From an uncultured Actinomycetota bacterium (lineage in GTDB: Bacteria; Actinomycetota; Actinomycetes; Propionibacteriales; Nocardioidaceae), in contig CAWCQB010000039.1 of the NCBI GenBank assembly GCA_963797505.1, forward strand, positions 307,930 through 371,929: DNA of 64,000 bases, read 5' to 3'. The position numbers and the translations under genes are program-made. Position 1 is the stretch's first letter. Each line of letters begins with the position of its first letter. This document shows, piece by piece, positions 9,382 through 18,525 of the stretch. The notes beneath the pieces were generated by a model. It saw only the letters and a list, made by a program, of their open reading frames with translations. It was not told the DNA's origin and made no database searches.

Positions 9382-10082
9382 GGTGGTTGAGGAGCGAGCG
9401 CGAGCGAGCGTCGGTGGCGCGAGCGAACAGCCGGCACGTGAACACTGGTGGTTGAGCAGCGAGCGCAGCGACGGACAGTCGGCCAGCAGGGTACGGTGGT
9501 GAGGAGCGAGCGCCAGCGAGCGTCTCGAAACCACGTCGATCTGGTCTGGTCGGCTCGGCTCAGAGATATCGGGGAGTCGTGGTCGGCCGTAGGCGTGGTG
9601 GTTGCGCGTGGCGTCCCGACGCGCTTCGTTCGAGGCTTCACGGTCGCTCGGCTTGAGAGCGAGCGTCTGCGAGCGCTCGGTTCGCGTCTGGCGGGTCCGG
9701 GACGGTGAAAGGTGGTCGAGCAGCGAGCGAAGCGAGCGGATAGTCGAGACCACACCACGCCGCTCGGTGGTTGAGGAGCGAGCGCCAGCGAGCGTCTCGA
9801 AACCACGTGATCTGGCTGGTCGGCTGGTCAGAGTTAACGAGAGTCGTGGTTGCCGTAGGCGTGGGGTTGCGGTGGCGTCCCGACGCCTTCGTTCGGCTTC
9901 CGGTCGCTCGGCTCAGATCCTGTGGTTGCGGAGGCTGGGTTCTGGTTCGTGGGTCCGTCGCGGCTTGTTCGGTGGTTGAGGAGCGAGCCCCGGCGAGCGT
10001 CTCGAAACCATCAGCTCGCGCCTGACGGCCGGGACGTGAAAGGTGGTCGAGCAGCGAGCGAAGAGAGCGGATAGTCGAGACC
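9382..10082 (+). repeat. Mosaic tandem array of REP-like hairpin repeats (types A and B)
   Basis: Type A GGTGGTTGAGGAGCGAGC-loop-GCGAGCGTCTCGAAACC at 9382 (partial), 9495, 9766, 9971 and a degenerate copy near 9653. Type B GGTGGTCGAGCAGCGAGCGAAGCGAGCGGATAGTCGAGACC at 9447 (degenerate), 9711, 10042. A ~150-160-bp block is directly repeated (9495-9653 vs 9766-9913). Confidence 0.9.
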
Positions 10083-10097
10083 ACACAACGACCCGAT

Positions 10098-11200
10098 GCG
10101 GACTCATTCGGTTGTTGCAACCACTTCGTGTGGGAGGTTGCGGCGCATGCCAGGAGCGAGGTTGACGGCGGAGCAGCGGCGGACGATCGAGCGGTGTTAT
10201 CGGATGGGTCTCTCGCTGGACCAGATCGAGTCGATCATCGACAAGCACAAGTCGACGGTCTCGCGCGAGTTGTCGCGGAGCTTCTCGGCTCCGGGGTCGA
10301 GGTCGCCGAGGGCGCGCACGGCTCGGGGTGGCGGGGCTGGGTATCGGCGGGTCTATGACGCCGAGCGGGCGCAACGGTATGCCGAGGTCAAGGGTCGCCG
10401 GCCGAAGGCGCACCGACTCGATCACGCCCCGCTGCGCGAGCAGGTCTGGGAGTTGTTGCGGGCAGACTGGTCACCTGAGCAGATCGCAGAAGCGTTGCCA
10501 AGGCTGTTTCCCGACGACCCGGACATGCGAGTGAGCCACGAGACGATCTACCAGTCGTTGTTCGTCCAGACCAAGGGCGAGCTGAAGCGTGAGTTGACCG
10601 CGCACCTGCGCACCAGGCGGACCAAGCGCAAGCAGCAGACCGGTGGCGCCAAGCGTGTCACCTTGGGGATCACCGAGGAGATCCGGATCTCCGCACGCCC
10701 GGCCGAGGCCATCGACCGGGCCGTGCCCGGGCACTGGGAAGGCGACCTCCTGCTCGGCGGGACCGGCAAGGGTGCGGTGATTACCTTGGTCGAGCGTTCC
10801 TCGCGCTACGTGCTCCTGGCCCCGCTGCCAGGTCGGCACACCGCCGAGATCGCCAGGATGACCCTGGCCGAGATGATCGCACGCTGCCGCTGTCACTGCG
10901 CAAGTCGATCACCTGGGACCGTGGCAGCGAGATGGCCCAACACGCCCAGTTCAAGACCGAGACCGGCATCCAGATCTACTTCTGCGACCCGCAGTCACCC
11001 TGGCAGCGCGGCACGAACGAGAACACCAACGGCCTCCTGCGCCAGTACTGGCCCAAAGGCGCCGACCTCCGCGCCCTGGGCCAGGCCGAGTGCGACGACG
11101 TCGCCTACGACTCAACACCCGACCCCGCAAGACCCTGGACTGGCAGACTCCCGCACAGGTCCTCAACCAAGGACTCGTTGCAACCGCCAGTTGAGACCGC
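10098..11200 (+). mobile_element. IS30 family insertion sequence (~1.1 kb)
   Basis: Imperfect terminal inverted repeats 10098-10121 (GCGGACTCATTCGGTTGTTGCAAC) and 11177-11200 (reverse complement GCGGTCTCAACTGGCGGTTGCAAC), 18/24 identical, enclosing the transposase. No clear target-site duplication. Confidence 0.88.
10147..11194 (+). CDS. IS30 family DDE transposase; frameshifts near 10880 and 11105
   Basis: HTH KHKSTVSREL, WSPEQIA, VSHETIYQ, HWEGDL, ITWDRGSEMA, PWQRGTNENTNGLLRQY. Ends LNQGLVATAS* inside the right inverted repeat. Confidence 0.93.
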
Positions 11201-11210
11201 GCGCGAGAAG

Positions 11211-11219
11211 TTATCCACA
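11211..11219 (+). promoter_or_regulatory. DnaA-box consensus TTATCCACA
   Basis: Exact 9-mer match upstream of the HNH gene; single box, function unknown. Confidence 0.35.
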
Positions 11220-11242
11220 TCTTCGAATCACACTGTCGAAAC

Positions 11243-11264
11243 TGTCGGTGCCGACGCCTAGAGT
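11243..11264 (+). promoter_or_regulatory. PafBC-type (RecA-NDp) DNA-damage promoter
   Basis: TGTCGG-TGCCGACGCC-TA-GAG-T matches TGTCGG-N10-TA-N3-T exactly; 6 nt separate it from the ATG at 11271 (leaderless geometry). Confidence 0.8.
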
Positions 11265-11270
11265 TTCTTC

Positions 11271-12555
11271 ATGGACACCACTCGACCCTCACCGCCACCG
11301 AGGTGATCGACCGTGTCCAGACCGCCCGCAACAACGACCAGCATGCGAGCCGTCGACAGCTCCAGCTCGCCGTCCACTGGGCACTGCTGCACCCCTGCCG
11401 CGATGAGTTCCCGGCCGGCTGGGAGGACGACCACGGCCTCTTCACCGCCGGTGCACCCCTGGCCGGGCCGGTGCGCCGCTGGTCGATGAGTTCGCACCCG
11501 CCTCCTTCGCCGCCGCCCTCGGCATCCCGCTGGAGGCCGGCAAGCAGCTGCTCGCCGACGCCCTCGAGCTCACCTACCGACTCCCCGGCCTGCTGGACCT
11601 CGTCGAACGCGGAGCCGTGCCGGTGTGGCGGGCCCGGGCGATCTCCCGCGAGACCCACGACCTCTCGGTCGAGGCGGTCGCGTTCGCGGACCGGCTGATC
11701 GCGCGACGCCGTCGAAGATCGGCCTGGTCGACGCCGCCCGGCTGGTCCAGGAAGCCCGGCTGTACTTCGACCCCGACCGCGCCATCGCCGACGAGGAACA
11801 CGAACTCGCCCGACGAGGCGTCTGGCTGCGGCACCGCGGCAACCCCGCCACCACCGACGTGGTGATGACCCTGGACACCCCCGACGCCCTGCTGTTCGAC
11901 CAGACCGTCGGCCGCATCGCCGGCGAACTCGGCCAGCTCGGGGACACCGACCCGCTCGACGTCCGGCGGGCACGGGCGGTCGGGATCCTCGCCGACCCGC
12001 AGTACGCCCTGGACCTGATGTCCGGCCGCGACGCAGCACCGCACCGCTGGTGCCGGGCGCGATGAACCTCTACGTGCACCTCGACCCCGACCAGCCCGGT
12101 GCCGTCACGCATCGAGAAGCTCGGCGCCGCCACCACCGACCTGCTGCACGACTGGCTCACCCGCTACGCCGCAGCCGGCGGCAAGGTCATCGTCCGACCC
12201 GTCCTCGACCTCGTCCGACACGACCGCGGTGGACCAGCACGACCCACCCGCCGCGATGCGCGAGCTCTGCCTGCTCCGCGACGCCCACTGCGTCTTCCCC
12301 GGCTGCCGCACGAGACTCCCGGGGCTGCGACCTCGACCACATCACCGCCTACATCCCCATCGTCCGACGGCGGACCACCCGGTCAGACGCAACCCACTCA
12401 ACTCGGCGCCGTTGTGCCGGACCCATCACCGGATGAAGACCTTCACCGCCTGGGACTACAAACGACTCGACAACGGCACCTACGTCTGGACCAGCCCGAC
12501 CGGCCACCAGTACGAAGTCCCCCCGGTCAGCCGCCGCCCACCCCGAAGAACCTGA
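11271..12555 (+). CDS. DUF222 / HNH endonuclease (13E12-like); multiple frameshifts
   Basis: Reconstructed: LQLAVHWALLHP...DALELTYRLP...VPVWRARAIS...LDVRRARAVGILADPQ...RDAHCVFPGC...CDLDHI...APLCRTHHRMKT...WTSPTGHQY. Confidence 0.88.
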
Positions 12556-12622
12556 AGCCCCCGCCACCCCGGCCAGCCCCAGCCGGGGCACATCGGCACG
12601 CCCGAGCCACAACTCGATCCCG

Positions 12623-12737
12623 TGGTTTCGAGACGCTCGCCGAGGGCTCGCTCCTCAACCACCGAGCAACCGTGACGGACCCACCGCTCCGAAACCAACA
12701 GCGCAACCACAGGACCTCCGAAGCCCCGCAGCGACCG
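12623..12737 (-). repeat. Inverted copy of the repeat unit (type A hairpin plus ~70 bp flank)
   Basis: The reverse complement shares the blocks CGGTCGCT, TCCTGTGGTTGCG, GTGGGTCCGTC and TCGGTGGTTGAGGAGCGAGCC...CGGCGAGCGTCTCGAAACCA with 9901-10010. Confidence 0.88.
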
Positions 12738-12824
12738 CACCAGACGACCGAGTGCTGATGCGAAGCGACACCACGCCCGAGATCAAGACTGCCAGTCCCG
12801 CTGGTCGACGCAGCATGAGACCCG

Positions 12825-13622
12825 ATGGACTACGTTCAGCCGATCTGACGCACTCAAGGGAGCGGAGTTCGTGGACGCGGACCTGCGTGGGGCTCGGTTC
12901 GTGAGGGCCGACCTGTCCGGGGTGGTGATGCGGGCGGTCGAGATCTCCGGGGCGGACATCGATGCGCCGTGGCTGTCGGAGGGCGAGAGCCTGCTGGTCA
13001 ACGGGGTCGACGTGGGGCCGCTGATCGAGGCCGAGCTCAACCGACGTTTCCCGGGCGGGCGGAGAGGCGGGCGGGTGATCCGGACGGGCTGCGGGCGGCG
13101 TGGGCGACGCTCGAGAGCACGTGGGCGGCGGTCCTCGAGCGGGTCGCGGCGATGCCGGCGGGCACGGTGGACGTCTCGGTGGACGGCGAGTGGTCGTTCT
13201 CGCAGACAGTGCGTCACCTGGTGATGGCGACGGACACGTGGCTGGGCCGGTCGATCCTGGGGATCGAGGAGCCGTACCACTTCCTGGGCCAGCCGAACGC
13301 CGAGTACGAGACCGACGGCTACGACCTGTCGGTCTTCACGAGCGAGATCCCGGCGTACGACGACGTGCTCGAGGTCCGGGCCGGACGGGTGGCGATGGTC
13401 CGCGACTACCTGGCCACCGTCACGCCGGAGGTGCTGGCCGAGTCGCGACCGAATGCGTGGGCGCCGGAGTACGACGAGACGACCCTGCAGTGCCTGCACG
13501 TCATCCTCAACGAGGAGTGGGAGCACCTGCGGTACGCCGTGCGGGACCTCGACGCTATCGAGGCACGATCCCGTCAGCCAGCGCCCGAGCAAGGGTCGGA
13601 GCCAGCGGGAGCCGGGGAATGA
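12825..13622 (+). CDS. DinB family protein with N-terminal pentapeptide repeats (frameshifted)
   Basis: AEFVDADLRGARFVRADLSG; EWSFSQTVRHLVMATDTW; LHVILNEEWEHLRYAVRDL. Confidence 0.88.
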
Positions 13623-14757
13623 GCGTGGCCTGGTAGGCGTGGTACGTGTCCGGCTTGCCCTCCCAGGTCGAGCTGCTGGGAGTCAGGTCGGGGCCGAGCT
13701 CGTGGTGCCAGGAGCCGTGCTCGCGGTCGATGAAGCAGGTCTCGATGTGCTGCCACCAGGTGGCGTACCAGTCGGCGTACGACGACTCACCGGTCACGTC
13801 GCGCAGGGCAGCAGCGGTGGCGGTGCCCTCGGCGACGACCCAGTGCATCCGCTCGCGTACGACGGGGCGGCCGGACCAGTCGACGGTGTAGACGAACCCG
13901 TCGGTGCCGTCGACCGCCCAGCCCTCGCGGATCGAGGCGTCGAACAGGGAGATGGCGTCCGGGAGCATCCACGAGGGAGCCGCCGAGCCGAGCCCGGCAC
14001 GCAGGTGCAGCACCAGCCGGGCCCACTCCAGCCAGTGGCCGATGGTGGCGCCGTAGGGCCGGAACGGGTGCGCGGGCTGGTCGGCGTTGTACTCGAACTG
14101 CGGGGTCCACGTCGCGTCGAAGTGCTCGGGGATCCGCCAGTGGTTCGACGCGGCCTGGTCGTGGATGACGCGCGAGGTGATCCGCAGCGCACGCTCGCGG
14201 AGCGAGGAGTCGTCGAGCACGTCCGCGGCCGAGAGCAGCGCCTCGACGGTGTGCATGTTGGCGTTCACGCCGCGATAGGGATCGAGCGTCGTCCACGCCT
14301 CGTCCCACTGCTCGACGACCATCCCGTACTCGTCGTCCCAGAAGTGGTCGAGCAGCACGGTCAGCGCCTCGTCGAGCAGCTCGCGGGCGCCGGGGCGGTC
14401 GGCGGCGGTGGCACTGGCGGCGGCGAGTACGACGAACGCGTGCTCGTAGGCCGTCTTGTCCGTCGTGACGGGACCGTCGGGACCGACCTGCGCCCACCAG
14501 CCACCGTTGACCCCGTCGCGGAACCGGCCACGCAGCGCGGCCACCCCGTGGTCGACCAGCGCCGTGCAGTCGGGCCGCCCGAGCAGGTGGCCGAGCGCGT
14601 AGACGTGCGTCATCCGGCAGGTGATCCAGAGCTCGACGGGACGGTCGGGCTCGGCGTACGCCCGGTGGACGAGAGCCAGCCGAAGCCCCCCGAGGGAAGC
14701 CGCGAGGCCCGGCCGAAGTCGAGCAGCCGGTCCCCCTCCGTCGGCGAGGTCCAGCAT
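13555..14757 (-). CDS. AGE family epimerase/isomerase (mannose isomerase / YihS-like)
   Basis: WITCRMTH, YEHAFV, NANMHTVEA, TIGHWLEWARL, HWVVAE, SWHHEL, KPDTYHAYQA. Confidence 0.92.
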   Translation of the reverse strand: MLDLADGGGPAARLRPGLAASLGGLRLALVHRAYAEPDRPVELWITCRMTHVYALGHLLGRPDCTALVDHGVAALRGRFRDGVNGGWWAQVGPDGPVTTDKTAYEHAFVVLAAASATAADRPGARELLDEALTVLLDHFWDDEYGMVVEQWDEAWTTLDPYRGVNANMHTVEALLSAADVLDDSSLRERALRITSRVIHDQAASNHWRIPEHFDATWTPQFEYNADQPAHPFRPYGATIGHWLEWARLVLHLRAGLGSAAPSWMLPDAISLFDASIREGWAVDGTDGFVYTVDWSGRPVVRERMHWVVAEGTATAAALRDVTGESSYADWYATWWQHIETCFIDREHGSWHHELGPDLTPSSSTWEGKPDTYHAYQATLIPRLPLAPTLARALADGIVPR

Positions 14758-15698
14758 CAGTACGTCTCGCCGACCTTGTACGTCGCCACGCCGAGCGTCG
14801 AGTCGCTCTGGCCGTAGTAGGCGAACCAGGTGCCCTCGAACTCCACCAGGCCCTCGACGAAGGTCACGTTGGAGACCAGGCCGTGCTGGTCCTCGTGGGT
14901 GGTCGGCTCGAGCCAGGGGTAGTTCATCTGCGCGAGGATCTCGGTCGGCCGCGCGGGGTCGAAGAGCAGCTGGCCACAGGTGTAGCGCACGGTGCCGTCG
15001 TCGAACTTCACAGCAGCATTGTGCAGCAGCAGGATGAGCCCGTTGTTCGTGATGATCGGCTGCGGGCCGACCTCGACGAGGAACTCACCGAACGTGCCGG
15101 GCGGCGTGGGCAGCATCAGCGGCTCGTCCTGGGGGCACGGCTCCCAGTGGATCAGGTCGTCGGACCAGGCGTGGTAGATGGAGCCCTCGCCGAAGTACAT
15201 CAGCCAGCGGCCGTTGACCTTCCGGTCGAGGATCGCGCCGGCCTTGCTCCACGGCGTCGGCACGTCCGCGGCGTTCGGCTCGAAGGTGTTGAAGTCCGGG
15301 AACAGCGGTCCGTGCTTCTCCCAGGTGAACAGGTCGGTCGAGGTGGCCAGGCAGAGCTGGGCGTTCGTGCCGTCGTACGCCGTGTAGGTGAGGTAGTAGG
15401 TGCCCTCGATCTCGGTGACCCGCGGGTCCTCGCAGCCGTGGCGCTCGTAGTCCGCGCTCGGCGACAGCACCGGCTCGGGGTGCCGCTCGAAGTGGATGCC
15501 GTCGTCGCTGGTGGCGAGCCCGACGTGGCTGACGATGTCGTCGGCGTGGGCGCGGTAGAGCAGCACCACCTGGCCGTCCTTGACGACCGCGGCCGGGTTG
15601 TAGACGCTGCCGGACTCCCAGCCGTCGCCCTGGGGCGAGAGGATCGGGTTCTCGGCGTACGGCGTGAACGGGCCGAGCGGGAACTCTGCGTGAGGCAT
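14757..15698 (-). CDS. GH130 glycoside hydrolase/phosphorylase (beta-mannoside active)
   Basis: ENPILSP, VYNPAAV, LLYRA, GCEDPRV, YYLTYTAYDG, WSKAGAI, VSNVTFVEGLV, YYGQSDS. Confidence 0.92.
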   Translation of the reverse strand: MPHAEFPLGPFTPYAENPILSPQGDGWESGSVYNPAAVVKDGQVVLLYRAHADDIVSHVGLATSDDGIHFERHPEPVLSPSADYERHGCEDPRVTEIEGTYYLTYTAYDGTNAQLCLATSTDLFTWEKHGPLFPDFNTFEPNAADVPTPWSKAGAILDRKVNGRWLMYFGEGSIYHAWSDDLIHWEPCPQDEPLMLPTPPGTFGEFLVEVGPQPIITNNGLILLLHNAAVKFDDGTVRYTCGQLLFDPARPTEILAQMNYPWLEPTTHEDQHGLVSNVTFVEGLVEFEGTWFAYYGQSDSTLGVATYKVGETY

Positions 15699-15724
15699 GG
15701 AAAGCCTTTCCTGTGGGGAGATGG

Positions 15725-17697
15725 TCAGCGCCGGACGAGGGTGACGCCGCCGGGAGCGACGGTCACGGGTACGCCGGAGGCGGTGCTGGTGGTGTGGTCG
15801 AGCAGGCGACCGGTGCCGTCGTACGACCAGACGTCGGCCGTCCCGCTGCCGGGCACGTCGACCGTGGTGCGCGAGGTCGAGGTGGCCGCACTGCGGAGCA
15901 GCGCGGTGCCGTGACCGTCGCCACCGAGGACGAGCCGCGACACGAGCGGCTGCACCATCACGGCGTCGAGCCGTGCGGTGCCGCCCGTGGTCGTGGCGGT
16001 GAGGTCGGACGCCGCAGTCGGCTTCCCGAGAGTCACCGGCAGCAGCGCGCCCGGGGTCGGCGAGTCGCCCTGCGGGCCGATGTCGCCGGAGCGCACCGAG
16101 CCGAGCGACTGGCCTGCGGCGAACGAGGTCACCGCGCGCGACGACGGCTGCAGGTCGACCACCGGGATGACCAGCGACGCCGGGTGCTGCCCGAGGTCGA
16201 AGGTCGCGGTGCTGCCCGCCGGCATCGAGGCGTAGCCGGTGCCGCCGTACTGCGCCTCGCCGGTCCAGGTCGAGTCCGGCTTCACGGCGCGTGGCGCCGC
16301 CGGAGAGCTGGGCGTCCTCGGCCTGGAGGTAGGTGGTGCCGACCTGGTCCTGCACGTGCGCCGTCATCGCGGTCTGCCGCACCTGCGGGTGCGCGTCCAG
16401 CGCGAGCATGGTGAGCAGTCCGTGGATCGTCGACTCCGCGCCGGAGTTGTGGTTCACGGTGCCGTCGGCGGCGATCCCGTCGATGGTGACGCCGGTCGTG
16501 GGGTCGTACGCCGGCTGGCCGGACGCGTTCGCGCCGAAGAACCAGGCGGCCGTGATCCCGGCGATCTGGTCCGCGCCGGTGGCGACGAGTGACTGGACGC
16601 GGGAGTCCACGCCGTACGCGATCTGGGTGCCGTCGGCGCGGGTCGGGAACCGGCCGTTGTCGGGGCCGCCCGAGGTGAGCAGCCACGGGTCGAAGGTGAA
16701 GGAGTCACGTGCGGCTGCCGTGCGAGCCGCCCGGTCACCCGTCGCGGCCGCGGAGGAGGCCAGCGCCGCCGGCATCTGCGAGGCCCAGGCGTGCCAGTGC
16801 GACAGCGACTGGTTCCACGGCTGGACGGCACCGAACGGCCACTGCCGGGCGTTGCCGTCGGACATCTCGGTGATGCCGCGGGTGAGCTCGGTGAGCGCCT
16901 TGCGCTCGGTCCCGCCGCCGCCGGCACGCACGTAGGCCGCGAGACCGAGCACGGCCTCGGCCGAGGCGTCGGCGCCGTTGGCGATCAGCCACGCGGGCAT
17001 CCGCTGGCCGTCGATGTTCAGGTAGCTGCCCGTAGGTGTCGAGCACCTCACGGTCGAGCGCACCGGTGGCGAGGTCGAGCCGACCGCGCAGGAACCGCGC
17101 AAAGGCGGGGTCGGTGCGCTCGAAGGCGGCGTACCCCTCCCCCAGGGCCCAGACGGTGCGGGCCAGCCAGTACGACGCGTCGCTGTCCGACGGGTCGGGC
17201 TGCTCGACGGGATCGGCGCTCGGGTGCAGGGTGCCGTCGGGCTGCATCCAGAGCACGACGTTGCCGCGGTGGGCACCGGTCGTGGTCTGCAGGTAGGTCA
17301 GGCCGCGCAGCATCTCGTACGCCGCGCGCCGGCTCGAGGCCGCGCCGGTCAGCTTCCAGTGGCGCAGGTAGACGACGGCAGCGCGGGCCATGTCATCGGC
17401 GTTGAACGCGCCCTGGCCGTAGGTGTCGTGCGCCGCGTCGTACGTCCCGCCACCGACGCGCTTGAAGGAGCCGTCGTCCTGCCGGTCGGCGTAGGTCCAC
17501 AGCGTGCCGACCGCCGGTTCCTGCGCGAGCCGGTACGTCGTGTGGCCGGCCTGCTGCGGTGGCGTGACCTGGTCCCCGAGGAAGTCGAGGTGGGCGAGGT
17601 TGGTCAGCGGCGCCGGCTCCGCCGCACGCGCGCCGCCGACCGGAGTCAGCACCGCCGCCGCGAGGATCCCGGCCAGGAGAGTCTTGAGCATGGTCAT
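15725..17697 (-). CDS. Uncharacterised secreted protein (possible alpha/alpha-barrel glycosidase plus CBM-like domain); frameshifts near 17030 and 16290
   Basis: Signal peptide ending ARA; motifs FNADDMARAAVVY, WHAWAS, QIAYG, NSGAESTIHGLL; C-terminal LQAEDAQLSGGA beta-rich region. Confidence 0.75.
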
Positions 17698-18525
17698 CCC
17701 TTCACCCCGCTGCTGAGCTCGGCGCCGGTGAACCGCTTCTGGAACACCACGAAGAGGGCGACGGCGGGTGCTGCGAGCACCACGGCCCCGGCGAGGATCG
17801 CGCCCTGGGGGTTGGTCGGCGCGTCCCGCGATCGTTGCTGATGTAGTTGGCCAGCGTCACCGCGAGCGGCTGCAGGCTCTGGTCCTTGGTGACCAGGAAC
17901 GGCCACAGGAACTCGTTCCACGGCCCGATGAAGGTCAGCAGCGTGGCGGTGAGGATGGCGGGCCGCACGAGCGGCAGCGCGATCGACCACATGATCCGCA
18001 GCTCGCTGGCGCCGTCGAGGGCGGCCGCGGCGAACAGGTCCTCGGGCAGCTGCAGGAAGAACTGCCGGAACACGAACACGGCCGTCGAGTTGATCGCGAA
18101 CGGCGCGATCATGCCCATGTAGGAGTCGGCCAGCCCGTAGGTGCGCACGATCATCACGTAGATCGGGATGATCAGCAGCTGGAACGGGATGATCTGCACG
18201 AGCAGCATCACCGCGAACAGCGCGCCGCGGCCGCGGAACTGCAGCCGGGCCAGGGCATAGCCGGCGAGCACGCCGAACACGACCGTCCCGAGCAGGACGC
18301 CGCCGGTGAAGATCACCGAGTTGAGCAGCGACTGCACCAGGTCGACCCGGCTGTTGATGTCGCCGTAGTTGTCCAGGGTCAGGCCGTTGGTCGGGAAGGC
18401 GCCGGCGACGCTGGTGTCCGGCTTCTTCTGGAAGGAGCCGACCACCATGTAGTAGAAGGGGAACAGGAACACCAGGGCGCCGATGAACAGCGCGGCCGTG
18501 CTCCAGATGCGGCGTTGTGCTTCAC
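17694..18525 (-). CDS. Carbohydrate ABC transporter permease (frameshifted)
   Basis: LPEDLFAAAALDGAS EAA-type motif, WNEFLWP. Confidence 0.92.

Noticed and set aside
9382-10082. CRISPR array
   Set aside because: Two interleaved repeat types; intervening segments range from ~10 to ~180 bp and are themselves repeated; no cas genes in the window.
9352-10120. ORFs of 84-160 aa across the repeat region
   Set aside because: They are translations of the repeats (recurrent SLRSLL, ERQRASRNH) with no protein motifs.
11211-11219. Replication origin
   Set aside because: A single DnaA box, with no cluster, no AT-rich unwinding element and no dnaA/dnaN.
14757-17276. 839-aa secreted protein-GH130 fusion
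   Set aside because: Indel-driven read-through; GH130 has its own RBS (GGAAAGG) and ATG at 15698, and the upstream gene stops at 15725.
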